Shown here one piece after another: positions 1 to 14,540 of a stretch of DNA of 64,000 nt. The DNA comes from Macrostomum lignano (lineage: Eukaryota). Under the pieces are notes generated by a model. It ran no database searches and was not told the DNA's origin. It saw nothing but the letters and a program-made list of their open reading frames with translations. The stretch is taken from NCBI GenBank assembly GCA_002269645.1, contig NIVC01002802.1:75386-139385 (forward strand), read 5' to 3'. A program made the translations under genes and the position numbers. Within the stretch, counting starts at the first letter, position 1; each line of letters begins with the position of its first letter.

Positions 1-929
<929 letters not shown>

Positions 930-3900
930 CTCTGAGTGAGCACTTTAGCCCGGCCAATGAGCTGAGCAGCCTGATGAGCCACATCCTCGGCCAGATGCAG
1001 CATGGCCTCCCGGAACTGCGCCACCTCCTCGGAGCCGCCCGCCCCGCTGGCGTCGCCGGCGCAGTCCTCCTGCAGGGCGCCGATGAGGTACTCGCAGATG
1101 CCCGAGATCTCGTCAATGCCATCAAGCAGGCGTTTTCGCCGGCCAACTTCCATCCGTTCGCGGTCGGGCGTGTTCGGATCCAATGGCTGAGCAGCGTTGA
1201 GCAGATCGGAGAACGCGTCGGCCAGGTTTCTGGCAGCGTTGAGCAGAGAGTCTTTGTCCAGGACTGGCTGGTTGCCTGCGAGATGATGGCGTCAAAATAT
1301 TGCAGCACTGTGCTTTACTCATGATTTAGCTAATGGACCAATACACACTCTTTTGAGACGGTCTAAAGTAGCCAAAATATCTACCTCCCACTGGCTAGAT
1401 CTAATATCATGTCTAAATTAATTCCTACTCTGACTGAATCTGATTCTACCTTGCCTAGATCTAACCCTATTATCTAGATGTTGTCATCTAAATCTATAGA
1501 TGTGCGTATAGACCTATAAAACGTTGTCTAGATCTATCGTACATTGCTTAGGTTCATCCTAGTGTCTATATCTATCCTATAGTGTCCAGATGTACCCTAT
1601 AGTGTCTAGATCGATATTATAGTGTCTTCTAGATCTATCCTTTATTGTCTAGATCTATCCTATATTGTCTAGATCTATCATATATTGTCTAGATATATCC
1701 TATAGTGCCTTCTAGATTTATCTTTTAGTGTCTAGATCTATCCTATATTGTCTAGATCTATCCTACATTGTCTAGATCTATCCTACATTGTCTAGATCTA
1801 TCCTACATTGTCTAGATCTATCCTACATTGTCTAGATCTATCCTACATTGTCTAGATCTATCCTACATTGTCTAGATCTATCCTACATTGTCTAGATCTA
1901 TCCTACATTGTCTAGATCTATCCTACATTGTCTAGATTTATCCTACATTGTCTAGATCTATCCTACATTGTCTAGATTTATCCTACATTGTCTGGATCTA
2001 TCCTAGAGCGTCTAGATCTATCCTATAGCGTCTAGATCTATCCTATAGCGTCTAGATCTGTCCTATAGCGTCTAGAACTATCCTACGTCGTATAGTGTCT
2101 AGATCTATCCTACGTCGTATAGTGTCTAGATCTATCTTACATTGTCTAGATCTACCCTACATTGTCTAGATCTATTCTATAGTGTCTAGATCTATCCTAT
2201 AGTGTCTAGATCTATCCTGTATTGTTCTCTATTCTCCACATCCAGCTCAACACCAGAACATAAAACGCACAAAACGCTTACCAGCATCGCCAAACTGTTT
2301 CTGTTGTTGCTCTTGCAGCGATACCACAGCTTTAACATCGGTGAGAATGTGTTCAACATTAGTAGCAATGGTGTGCACAGCTGACCCCACAATCATGTAC
2401 ACATCGTCGCCATCATCCATTGTGGTTGTCTTCAACAGATCGGCAGTGGCAGCCGAGGCGGATGTCAAATTGCTGCTAATATTTGCTCGAGATAATTCAG
2501 ATTTCTGTTCCAGGTAGCGACGGCTGGAAACGTCCTTGCCTTTAAAATGGATATCGGAGTAGGGATGGGACGAGTGAGTGGCATCTCAGTTTATATGATA
2601 GACATGGTATGACAGGGATTTCAACTTTTATTGCAAATAGGGTTTGAACTTTTACAGTTGGGATTCGAACTTTTACGATTGGGATTTGAACTTTTACAAT
2701 TGGGATTTGAACTTTTACAGTTGGGATTCGAACTTTTACGATTGGGATTTGAACTTTTACAATTGGGATTTGAACTTTTACAGTTGGGATTCGAACTTTT
2801 ACGATTGGGATTTGAACTTTTACAATTGGGATTTGAACTTTTACAGTTGGGATTCGAACTTTTACGATTGGGATTTGAACTTTTACAATTGGGATTTGAA
2901 CTTTTACAGTTGGGATTCGAACTTTTACGATTGGGATTTGAACTTTTACAATTGGGATTTGAACTTTTACAATTGGGATTCGAACTTTAGCGATTGGGAT
3001 TCGAACTTTTACTATTAGGATTTGAACTTTTATTATTGGGATTTGAACTTTTACTATTGGGATTTGAACTTTTACTATTAGGATTTGAACTTTTACAATT
3101 GGGATTTGAACTTTTTACTATTTGGATTTGAACTTTTGCTATTGGGATTTGAACTTTTACTATTTGGATTTGAACTTTTACAATTAATTGGGATTCGAAC
3201 TTTTACAATTGGGATTTGAACTTTTACAATTGGGATTTGAGCTTCTACAATTGGGATTTAAGCTTCTACAATTGGGATTTGAGCTTCTACAATTGGGATT
3301 CGAACGTCTACAATTGGGATTTAAACTTTACGATTGGGATTTTAACTTTAAAGATTGGGATACAGTAATATATGAGAGCTCCTATATATCCTGATGATTT
3401 CAAGTCGAGGATAAACCAACCAATAGGCACATATTCGTCAGGCTCGTCCAGTCCATTCCTGGCCATTTGAATAACGCCAACATTCTCTTGCACACTGGTA
3501 ATGAGAGCTCGCTGTGCTGTTGGCAGCTCGTGCACCCGATAGCCGACCTGCCCGACCCGAGCCAAGTCGTGTCTTGACGACGCGTTGCTGATGTCGAATG
3601 GGGCGCCGACGCTGCTGCCGCCGCCGACACCGCTGACGCCGGCATTCATGGGTTCGGCCGATGCGAGACTGCCGTGACTGACTGGTCGCGCTGAGCTCTG
3701 AGCAGCAAATGCCGATACTATTTATGGGATTAGTTGGGGAGGGGATCTGTGTTGGATTCAGTTAGCGATAGGACAGATAAAAACCATGACGCTCTGGGAT
3801 GAGAGAAGGTAGAAAGGGAAAAATAAATAGGGGAAGAAGGGAAGAGGGGAAGAGGGGAAGAGGGGAAGAGGGGAAGAGGGGAAGAGGGGAAGAGGGGAAG

Positions 3901-6900
3901 AGGGGAAGAAGGGAAGAGGGGAAGAGGGGAAGAAGGGAAGAGGGAGGAGGGGAAGAGGGGAAGAGGGGAAGAGGGGAAGAGAGGAAGAGGGAAAGAGGGG
4001 AAGAGGGGAAGAGAGGAAGAGGGAAAGAGGGGAAGAGGAGAAGAAAGGAAGAGGGAACGAGGGGAAGAGGGGAAGAGGGGAAGAGGGGAAGAAAGGAAGA
4101 GGGAACGAGGGGAAGAGGGGAAGAGGGGAAGAGGGGAAGAGGGGAAGAGGGGAAGAGGGGAAGAGGGGAAGAGGGGAAGAAGGGAAGAGGGGAAGAGGGG
4201 AAGAGGGGAAGAGGGGAAGAGGGGAAGAAAGGAAGAGGGGAAGAGGGAACGAGGGGAAGAGGGGAAGAGGGGGAGAGGGGAAGAGGGGAAGAAAGGAAGA
4301 AACGAGGGAAGAGGGGAAGAGGGGAAGAGGGGAAGAGGGGAAGAGGGGAAGAGGGGAAGAGGGGAAGAGGGGAAGAGGGGAAGAGGGGAAGAGGGAAAGA
4401 AAGGAAGAGGGAACGAGGGGAAGAGGGGAAGAGGGGAAGAGGGGAAGAGGGGAAGAGGGGAAGAGGGGAAGAGGGAAGAGGGGAAGAGGGGAAGAGGGGA
4501 AGAGGGAGGAGGGGAAGAGGGGAAGAGGGGAAGAGAGGAAGAGGGAAAGAGGGAAAGAGGGGAAGAGGGGAAGAGGGGAAGAAAGAAAGAGGGGAAGAGG
4601 GGAAGAGGGGAAGAGGGGAAGAGGGGAAGAGGGGAAGAAGGAAAGAGGGGAAGAGGGGAAGAGGGAACGAGGGGAAGAGGGGAAGAGGGGAAGAGGGAAA
4701 GAAAGGAAGAGGGAACGAGGGGAAGAGGGGAAGAGGGGAAGAGGGGAAGAGGGGAAGAGGGGAAGAAAGGAAGAGGGAACGAGGGGAAGAGGGGAAGAGG
4801 GGAAGAGGGGAAGAAAGGAAGAGGGAACGAGGGAAGAGGGGAAGAGGGGAAGAGGGGAAGAGGGGAAGAGGGGAAGAGGGGAAGAGGGGAAGAGGGGAAG
4901 AGGGGAAGAAGGAAAGAGGGGAAGAGGGGAAGAGGGGAAGAAGGGAAGAAGGGAAGAGGGGAAGAGGGGAAGAGGGAAAGAAAGGAAGAGGGAACGAGGG
5001 GAAGAGGGGAAGAGGGGAAGAGGGGAAGAGGGGAAGAGGGAAAGAGGGGAAGAGGGAACGAGGGGAAGAGGGGAAGAGGGAACGAGGGGAAGAGGGGAAG
5101 AGGGAACGAGGGGAAGAGGGGAAGAGGGAACGAGGGGAAGAGGGGAAGAGGGAACGAGGGGAAGAGGGGAAGAGGGGAAGAGGGAACGAGGGGAAGAGGG
5201 GAAGAGGGAACGAGGGGAAGAGGGGAAGAGGGAACGAGGGGAAGAGGGGAAGAGGGGAAGAATGAAAGAGGGGAAGAAGGAAAGAGGGGAAGAGGGGAAG
5301 AGGGGAAGAGGGGAAGAAGGGAAGAAGGAAAGAGGGGAAGAGGGGAAGAGGGGAAGAGGGGAAGAGGGGAAGAAGGGAAGAAGGGAAGAGGGGAAGAGGG
5401 GAAGAGGGGAAGAGGGGAAGAGGGAAAGAAAGGAAGAGGGAACGAGGGGAAGAGGGGAAGAGGGGAAGAGGGGAAGAGGGGAAGAAAGGAAGAGGGGAAG
5501 AGGGAACGAGGGGAAGAGGGGAAGAGGGGAAGAGGGGAAGAGGGAACGAGGGGAAGAGGGAAAGAAAGGAAGAGGGAACGAGGGGAAGAGGGGAAGAGGG
5601 GAAGAGGGGAAGAAGGGAAGAAGGGAAGAGGGGAAGAGGGGAAGAGGGAAAGAAAGGAAGAGGGAACGAGGGGAAGAGGGGAAGAGGGGAAGAGGGGAAG
5701 AGGGGAAGAGGGGAAGAAAGGAAGAGGGAACGAGGGGAAGAGGGGAAGAGGGGAAGAGGGGAAGAGGGGAAGAGGGGAAGAAAGGAAGAGGGAACGAGGG
5801 AAGAGGGGAAGAGGGGAAGAGGGGAAGAGGGGAAGAGGGGAAGAGGGAAGAGGGAAGAGGGGAAGAGGGGAAGAGGGGAAGAGGGGAAGAAGGGAAGAGG
5901 GGAAGAGGGGAAGAAGGAAAGAGGGGAAGAGGGGAAGAGGGGAAGAGGGGAAGAAGGGAAGAAGGAAAGAGGGGAAGAGGGGAAGAGGGGAAGAGGGGAA
6001 GAGGGGAAGAGGGGAAGAAGGGAAGAAGGGAAGAGGGGAAGAGGGGAAGAGGGAAAGAAAGGAAGAGGGAACAAGGGGAAGAGGGGAAGAGGGGAAGAGG
6101 GGAAGAGGGAACGAGGGGAAGAGGGGAAGAGGGGAAGAGGGGAAGAGGGGAAGAGGGGAAGAGGGGAAGAGGGGAAGAGGGGAAGAAAGGAAGAGGGAAG
6201 AGGGGAAGAGGGGAAGAGGGGAAGAGGGGAAGAAGGGAAGAGGGGAAGAGGGGAAGAAGGAAAGAGGGGAAGAGGGGAAGAAGGGAAGAGGGGAAGAAGG
6301 GAAGAAGGAAAGAAGGGAAGAAGGAAAAAGGGGAAGAGGGGAAGAGGGGAAGAGGGGAAGAGGGGAAGAGGGGAAGAAGGGAAGAAGGGAAGAGGGGAAG
6401 AGGGGAAGAGGGAAAGAAAGGAAGAGGGAACAAGGGGAAGAGGGGAAGAGGGGAAGAGGGGAAGAAGGGAAGAGGGGAAGAGGGGAAGAAGGAAAGAGGG
6501 GAAGAGGGGAAGAAGGGAAGAGGGGAAGAAGGGAAGAAGGAAAGAAGGGAAGAAGGAAAGAGGGGAAGAGGGGAAGAGGGGAAGAGGGGAAGAGGGGAAG
6601 AAGGGAAGAAGGGAAGAGGGGAAGAGGGGAAGAGGGAAAGAAAGGAAGAGGGAACAAGGGGAAGAGGGGAAGAGGGGAAGAGGGGAAGAGGGAAAGAGGG
6701 GAAGAGGGGAAGAAGGGAAGAGGGGAAGAGGGGAAGAGGGGAAGAGGGGAAGAGGGGAAGAGGGGAAGAGGGGAAGAAGGAAAGAGGGGAAGAGGGGAAG
6801 AGGGAACGAGGGGAAGAGGGGAAGAGGGAACGAGGGGAAGAGGGGAAGAGGGGAAGAGGGGAAGAGGGGAAGAGGGAACGAGGGGAAGAGAACAAAACAG

Positions 6901-9900
6901 TGGAAGCAACAACAGCAAAGAAACAAAGCAGAAATACCGTTGAAACACACCTGGCATAACGACAGATCCCTCCCTGCTGCTGAAGCTGACATCCGGAACA
7001 TCAACGTGCCCAATGGAGGTGACGCATTTCTGCTCAACGCACTGCTCAATAATGGCCTGCTGCTCTTCTCCATCAGCGTCAACAACATCTTTGTACTTTT
7101 GCTTTTTAACAATCAGATCGATATAGGCGCTAATGAGTTTAGTGATGGATTCGCCTTCAGGAGTCTTGGCCGTGATTGCTCGGTCAGAGTAGCCGCCAAA
7201 ATCCAGAGTGAACCCGTGAACAGTGGCAGCCCATTTCTTCACAGATGTCAGTGGCCATTTCTTTAGAATTTGCTTAGTCTTCTGGTCTACGCTGTAGACT
7301 GAGTGCTTGGATACGCCAAATAGACGGGGCACGAGTTTGTTCTTGGATGTTAGTTTCTCCTGAGGGGATGAGAAAGTTAAATATATTTAAGATTTGCTAC
7401 GATTCTATTGTCATTTTACTTTGTTTACATCGTTTTAGAGGCATGCTTAGCGGCCTGAAGCATCTGATTATCAGCCTGAAGCATCTGATTATCAGCCTGA
7501 AGCATCTGATTATCAGCCTGAAGCATCTGATTATCAGCCTGAAGCATCTGATTATCAGCCTGAAGCATCTGATTTTAAGCCTGAAGCATCTGATTATCAG
7601 CCTGAAGCATCTGATTATCAGCCTGAAGCATGTGATTATCAGCCTGAAGCATCTGATTATCAGCCTGAAGCATCTGATTCTAAGCCTGAAGCATCTGATT
7701 TTAAGCCTGAAGCATCTGATTATCAGCCTGAAGCATGTGATTATTAGCCTGAAGCATCTGATTTTAAGCCTGAAGCATCTGATTCTAAGCCTGAAGCATC
7801 TGATTATCAGCCTGAAGCATCTGATTATCAGCCTGAAGCATCTGATTATCAGCCTGAAGCATCTGATTTTAAGCCTGAAGCATCTGATTCTAAGCCTGAA
7901 GCATCTGATTCTAAGCCTTAAGCCCCCATATTTCATTAGAAGTTAGATTATTAGCAGACAGTAACGACTCACCTTAACCAAGAAAAAGTTAATCCCGTAA
8001 GTCTCTAAAGAGCGGCAGAAGTTCACGTACTTCAGCTTGGCCTCAATCTCAGTGGCGCCCTGGCAGTTTTTCTGGGCGGCAAAAATCTTCTTTTCAATGC
8101 CCTTCACTTTCCGGTACTCGGCTGGTAGGAACTCGCGAAGACTGCAATTGGGAATTGAGCAAACTATTGGTGTATTTTAAATAGGCGCGACTCCACAAGA
8201 CACCCACAGTAAGAGAAAAAGACAGACAGACGTACTATAAGACAGACACTAAGACAGACACTGAGACAGACACTAAGACAAACACTGAGACAGACACTAA
8301 GACAGACACTAAGACAGACAATGAGACAGACACTAAGACAGACACTGAGACAGACACTGAGACAGACACTAAGACAGACACTAAGACAGACACTGAGACA
8401 GACAATGAGACAGACACTAAGATAGAAACTAAGACAGACAATGAGACAGACACTAAGACAGACACTAAGACAGACACTAAGACAGACACTAAGACAGACA
8501 CTGAGACAGACACTGAGACAGACACTAAGATAGAAACTAAGACAAAGACACAAACACAGATAATCACGCAAAGCCACCCGAGCACATCACTCAGACAGCT
8601 TCGCAACTTCACTCACTCCAAGCTGCCGCTCCTCTGCTTGCTGGGATCAAACGAGCCGAACTGCACGTGACACTGGAAACCAGCCAAGTCAACCGCCTGC
8701 TCCTGGGTGACCGGGTGCGACCCATTCAATATGGCCTCCTTTAGCTGAACGTAGAGCAGATTTAGCTGCACAGGGTCCCGGCCATCAATATTCTGATCCG
8801 AATAGAATAAGCGGCGTTTCAATAAAAGTACTTCGCGCTCTTGAATGCCCTGTTCGCGTAGAGTCTTGGAAGGATCCAACCAGTGCACTGAAACACATCA
8901 AAATGATGCGTGGTGATTCATTGGATTCGCATTTTTTTGGTCGAGGCCTCTAGGGCTCTAGGCTCATTTAATTGCCCCGGTGAGGGCTACACGTAAGGCA
9001 CACGTCAAGAGATGAAAGAAATGGGGAGGAGAGGGAGAGGAAAGGGAGAGGGAGGGGAGAGATGGAGAGTGATAGGGTAGAGGGAAGAGGGAGGGGAGAG
9101 AGTGATATGTAGAGTGAGAGGGAGAGCGAGAGTGACAGGGTAGAGGGAAGAGGGAGGGGAGAGAGTGATATGTAGAGTGAGAGGGAGAGCGAGAGTGACA
9201 GGTTAGAGTGAGAGTGAGAGTGACAGGGCAGAGAGTGAGTGAGAGTGACAGGGCAGAGAGTGAGTGAGAGTGACAGGGCAGAGAGTGAGTGAGAGTGACA
9301 GGGCAGAGAGTGAGTGAGAGTGACAGGGCAGAGAGTGAGTGAGAGTGACAGGGCAGAGAGTGAGTGAGAGTGACAGGGCAGAGAGTGAGTGAGAGTGACA
9401 GGGCAGAGAGTGAGTGAGTGAAAGGAGTGTCCTGGGACAGGGAGAGAGAGGGGGAGAAGAGAGGGGAAAAATGGGAAGGGAGATGAAAGGAATGGGAAGA
9501 GGGAGAGGGAGAGAGGGGGGGGAGAGGGAAAGAGAAAGGGAGAGAGGAAGGAAGGGAGAGGGTGAGGGGAGATGGAGAGAGTGGGAAAGGGAGGTGGAGA
9601 AAGAGAGAGCAAGAGCGGAGAGGCAGACGGGGAGAGGAAATTAATAAGAGAACTAATAAGCAGCAGTGGCAAAGGACTTTCATTTAAATTATTCAACATC
9701 AATCAAAAACCCAAAGTTATCCCAGTGGAGGTTTTAAGCCATATAAAAGTTTCCGAAAAGAGAAATCTGCAAGCTAGACTCAGAATATATTCTAAAATCA
9801 GTCTAAATATTTTTCTCACTACAACTGGAAAATAAAAGTTAGGCAAAAACTTCTTTATATATAAGTGCTATTCGAAAAATGAAGCTAAGTAGATTATTTT

Positions 9901-12007
9901 TCTTTAAGCAGTGCAGTGGAATGCAGTCCAGTGGAATGGAGACCTTAAAAAGCCCATAAATTTTTCTTATCTATCAACGACTATATATTACGTAACACCA
10001 GCGGTTAAGCGCACTTATTAAAGTAACACACACACACACACACACACACTGGTCTCCCCTGGCAAAAAAATAGTCATACTATAATAAATATTGCAACAGC
10101 TGACCTGACCTTAAACTAACACAAGAACGCACGACTAGGAACACAAATATTGGTTATATAATACGCAAATAGACCTACTGAAAGTAGATAACAGACACAG
10201 GCTCAAGTATAGATATAAATAATGGATTCTGTTCACATTTATACTCCACAGTCAGCTGCGCAAAACTTTAATTATCAAATGAATAATTTTGGCAAGATTT
10301 TCTTGTACGATTAGGCTTGACTAAGCATAAACAATCTTATAGTATAGTGTTTATAAAAAAGGCATTTTGGTTATTAATAAACTTACGCTGAAAGCTGGAA
10401 TTCCATAAATACGAGCGTAATTTGAGTTTTCTGGAAGGCCCTCTAGGGCCAGTCTAAAGACACCCAGACTAGATCACATGTAGCAACCAATAGCGATTCC
10501 CATAGCAACCAGTAGCAACTCCTATAGCAACCAACCATATTCACATAGCAACCAATAGCGATTCCCATAGCAACCAGTAGCAACTCCTATAGCAACCAAC
10601 CATATTCACATAGCAACCAATAGCGATTCCCATAGCAACCAGTAGCAACTCCTATAGCAACCAACCATATTCACATAGCAACCAATCCTTATTATATAGC
10701 AACCTTTGGCAATTTCCATAGCAACCAATAACAATAATTGTAGCAACCAACCCCGATCGCATAGCAACCAGTAGCAATTTGCATAGCAACCAGTAGCAAT
10801 TCCCATAGCAACCAGTAGCAATTCCCATAGCAACCAGTAGCAATTCCCATAGCAACCAGTAGTAATTCCCATAGCAACCAGTAGCAATTCCCATAGTAAC
10901 TAGTAGCAATAGCAAGAGCAACCAATCCCGATCGCATAGAAACCAATAGCAATCCCCATAGCAACCAGTAGCAATTGCCATAGCAACCAGTAGCAATTGC
11001 CATAGCAACCAGTAGCAATTGCCATAGCAACCAGTAGCAATTGCCATAGCAACCAGTACCAATTCCGATAGCAACCAGTACCAATTCCCATAGCAACCAG
11101 TACCTATTCCCATAGCAACCAGTACCTATTCCCATAGCAACTAGTACCAATCTCAACGCAGCTCACCTTCATCATCAGTGTGCCACTTTCGCTTGAGTTT
11201 GTTCATTTTTTCGTCATCTCTAGACAGGGTGCCAGTTTTACTGCGCAGTGTAGCCATCCGCTCCTGCTCGTCCATCTCCTGGATGAGGCCGTACTCGTCG
11301 TGATTGGCTATGCCTGTGGAATTCATAGGAAATTAAATAAAATAATTTTGAAACTTATTACATGATTTACAATTCCATCATTATACTCAACAGGTACTTT
11401 AAATACCATCATTATAATCCCTATTAGGTATTTCAAATCATATTAATATAAGCCTCATCAGATGCTTCAAATCGCATTATTATAATCCTCATCAAGTATT
11501 TGAAATCCGATCATTATAATCCTCATCAAGTACTTCAATTCTTATCATTATAATCCCCATTAGGTAATTCAAATCCCATTATTATAATCCTCATTAGTTA
11601 TTTTAAATCCCATCATTTTAATCCCCATCAGGTACTTTAAATCCTGTCATTATAATCCTCATCAATTACTTCAAATCCCATTATTATAATCGTCAAAAGT
11701 TATACATCTTATTAATATTATAAACATGTACAAATCACAAATCTACAACAATATAAACTGGCTGGCCTTAAGTACACACTGGCTTGCATCAAACAGATTT
11801 CCGCTCACCCATTCTAGCGCAAATGGTGGGCATCAGATCCCTCACTGACAGGGAGTCGTCAATTTCCATTGTTTTGCGAGTACCGTCCATGGTTCGAATT
11901 TGTAGTCGACGGATTCGGCTTTTGTAGACAACTAGGTCCTGTCAATGGGAGCATTATGTGTCAGTAGGTATTGCAGGTATTAAAGAATACTTGAAAATGA
12001 TAATCGA

Positions 12008-12070
<63 letters not shown>

Positions 12071-12105
12071 CTAAGACAGAAAGACACTAAGACAGACAGA
12101 CACTA

Positions 12106-12162
<57 letters not shown>

Positions 12163-12209
12163 CACAGACAGACAGACAGACAGACAGACACTAAGACAGA
12201 CAGACACTA

Positions 12210-12242
<33 letters not shown>

Positions 12243-14194
12243 CTACGACAGACATACACAGACAAGATGCCAATGAAAGACACAAACAAATGTCATATTG
12301 ATTGCCTTAAGCAACTCAGTTACATCATTACTAAACTGTATTAAAGCGACCCCAATCCCACCCATCAAAAATGTCTATAAAGAAATAAAGAACTGTAGCA
12401 ATCCACAGTAAAAAAATCCAAATGAATCAGCTAAATTACGAACCAACTTTAGTTACCCATGTGTTTAGTGAAAGATGGCGCACAGGCACACACACACTGG
12501 CTGAACTGTACCCCCAGTTTCTTCTACATCTGGCACATGACTGTAGACCAGTAACTTCATCCTAAGGCTGCATCACTTGAAACTGGGCGTACACACAGAC
12601 AGCACGTGGACACCCAGTGCAGTTAAAATCCTGTACAGCTATCCAGACCCTCAATCCTTTAATTCTCTTATCCATCTCTAGCCCGTTATTGAACCAAGGA
12701 TCGGTTAGCTGACTCTTTTTCGAACTTCGCTCTCGCTCCATCTCCCCCTCTCTCTCTCTCCTCCCCTTCTTTCCTTTCCAAGCCTAGTAGTGTATAATAA
12801 AGAGGAGGGTAGCGCAACGACGGTTCGAGGGTAAATGCAGAGAGGGAGTGGAGAGAGGCACAAATCCAGAATGCACACACACACACACACGCATATATAT
12901 ATATATATAATAGCCATAGTAACATATATAGTATACACACAGACCCTATTAGTGGCTGCAATGGTTGCAGCTAAATTACACACAAAGTCAGCTATAGAGC
13001 GGATACTGCGTCAAGCGCTTAGCCGCATACATAAATTAGCGAGTAGAACAGCTGGTCCCCCCTGCGCTTTGCACAAAACAAGACATGCTGCATACTTGAA
13101 ATGTTAAAAGCAACCCCTATTATAGATAATAAAAATTAAGCTTAGAATATTAATGCAATAATAGGGCACTTAATAAACCGAGAGAAGATTAATTTATAAA
13201 AAATAAAATAGAATGTTTGATGAGTTTAGCTCTAAATAACACTGAAGGTTAAAAACTATGCAAAAAGGCAAAGAAAATGATCATTAGTGACGATGAAGAA
13301 CAAAGACATGAAGCTTTATTAATATCAGAACAAAAGACTCGAAGCTGATTGCAAGTTGCAAGCAAGGACTAGAAGCTGATCGAAGGTTGCAAACAAAGAC
13401 TCGAAGCTGATCGAAGGTTGCAAACAAAGACTCGAAGCTGATTAGAAGTTGCAAGCAAAGAATATAAGCTGATCAAAGGTTGCAAACAAAGACTCGAAGC
13501 TGATAGAAAGGTTGCAAACAAATACTTGAAGATGATTGAAGGCTGTAAACAAAGATTCTAAGCTGATTGAATGCTATAAACAAAGACTCGAAGCTGATTG
13601 AATGCTATAAACAAAGACTCGAAGCTGATTGAATGCTATAAACAAAGACTCGAAGCTGATTGAATGCTATAAACAAAGACTCGAAGCTGATTGAATGCTA
13701 TAAACAAAGACTCGGAGCAGATTGAATGCTATAAACAAAGACCTAAGCTTTGGTGTCGAGTTAGAAAAAAAAGACCAACCGAAATCGTTGAGGCTGAAAA
13801 TCAAGAGAACTTAACAAAGACTAGTACAGTGATCAAATAACAATCAAAACAAAGACCAATAGGCTTGGAAATTCACATCGAGTCAGTTTCTTACCCCATC
13901 TTTAACGCCGAAAGATTCCAGAGTTTTTTGACCGTCCATCCACAAGCCTCGCCGATCATCTTCGGAATTGTAGGCATCCGGTAAGAACAGACCGAACTGC
14001 TGCACATTCACTGGGGCAGCGCTGGCACCACCGCCCCCGCCACTGCTGGCCTCCTGCTGTGCTTCAGTTACCTTCTCTCGAATAGTAACACAAGCTTCAA
14101 TGACAGTTTGATTGAGTCGAAACTGTACAGTTTTTGTTAAATCAAAATTGTCGCGAGGTATTCTAACACGAAGTGTTACACTTGATGGAGCCAT
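930..14194 (-). CDS. TLN: Talin, N-terminal part (F0-F3 FERM head, linker, start of rod); gene continues beyond window start
   Basis: Phase-consistent GT-AG exons: 14194-13895, 11938-11809, 11313-11167, 8887-8617, 8141-7973, 7359-6951, 3717-3421, 2539-2282, 1275-930. Talin motifs: [118 protein letters not shown]. Confidence 0.96.
1590..2220. repeat. 20-bp minisatellite TCTAGATCTATCCTACATTG
   Basis: Perfect units about 1745-1985, degenerate flanks. Confidence 0.95.
2625..3360. repeat. 21-bp minisatellite TTGGGAT(T/C)GAACTTTTACAA-type with 63-bp higher-order pattern
   Basis: Tandem units; three variants cycle regularly in 2640-2950. Confidence 0.95.
3830..6890. repeat. ~3.1 kb polypurine (GGGGAAGA)n satellite in talin intron
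   Basis: 8-bp unit, almost purely purine on the + strand apart from occasional GAACGA variants. Confidence 0.98.
7450..7920. repeat. 21-bp minisatellite AGCCTGAAGCATCTGATTATC
   Basis: About 22 tandem units filling most of the intron. Confidence 0.97.
8220..8555. repeat. 12-bp minisatellite AGACAGACACTA
   Basis: Tandem units in the talin intron. Confidence 0.93.
9010..9640. repeat. Purine-rich tract containing 25-bp repeat GAGAGTGAGTGAGAGTGACAGGGCA
   Basis: Perfect 25-mers about 9222-9420 within a GA-rich sequence. Confidence 0.92.
10480..11150. repeat. 21-bp minisatellite CCATAGCAACCAGTAGCAATT
   Basis: Tandem units with variants. Confidence 0.95.
11370..11690. repeat. Degenerate ~34-bp AT-rich tandem repeat (CATCATTATAATCCTCATCAAGTACTTCAAATCC-like)
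   Basis: Recurrent CATTATAATCC motif at a regular spacing. Confidence 0.8.
12008..12262. repeat. (GACA)n microsatellite
   Basis: Tetranucleotide array with ACTAA interruptions. Confidence 0.95.
13320..13745. repeat. 31-bp minisatellite AACAAAGACTCGAAGCTGATTGAATGCTATA
   Basis: Perfect units 13575-13740, degenerate upstream. Confidence 0.92.
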
Positions 14195-14333
14195 TGTTTG
14201 ATTAATAAACAATTTATGGTTATTAATTTGGCTACGCAACTGTCTACAGCTTCTTTAGCTTTACATGAAAGTAAAATTATTAAATATATGATTGTGTGAC
14301 AATAAGTAAAACTTGTCTGTAAAAATTATAGAT

Positions 14334-14540
14334 CAAGGGTTGGCAAACCATTTTTAACATAAGGGCCAGAAATAAAATCTAGTGCATGACAATGGGTCAT
14401 GAGCCATGAGCAAGCCAGATTTCTATTGTGAAGTTCTGAAGGACCTAAGGGCCAAATAGAGGTTCCTCTCTAAGATAGATAAAGAACTAAAGTTTCCCAA
14501 CATCTGGGTTAGATAGATGACTAGAGTTTGCCAACCCTTG
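14334..14540. mobile_element. hAT/Charlie-like MITE (short copy)
   Basis: Perfect 15-bp TIRs CAAGGGTTGGCAAAC / GTTTGCCAACCCTTG; internal AAGGGCCAGA motif; no clean TSD. Confidence 0.8.

Noticed and set aside
2631-3394. Repetitive ORFs over 21-bp arrays (also 7347-7946, 10606-11156, 36743-37039, 38504-39737)
   Set aside because: A unit length divisible by three gives open frames; they lie in introns or intergenic DNA and have no non-repetitive coding context.
3730-7332. 1200-aa and other very long Pro/Ser/Leu- or Arg/Gly/Glu-rich ORFs
   Set aside because: Artefacts of the stop-free GGGGAAGA satellite; only 7359-6951 is a real talin exon with a GT donor at 6950.
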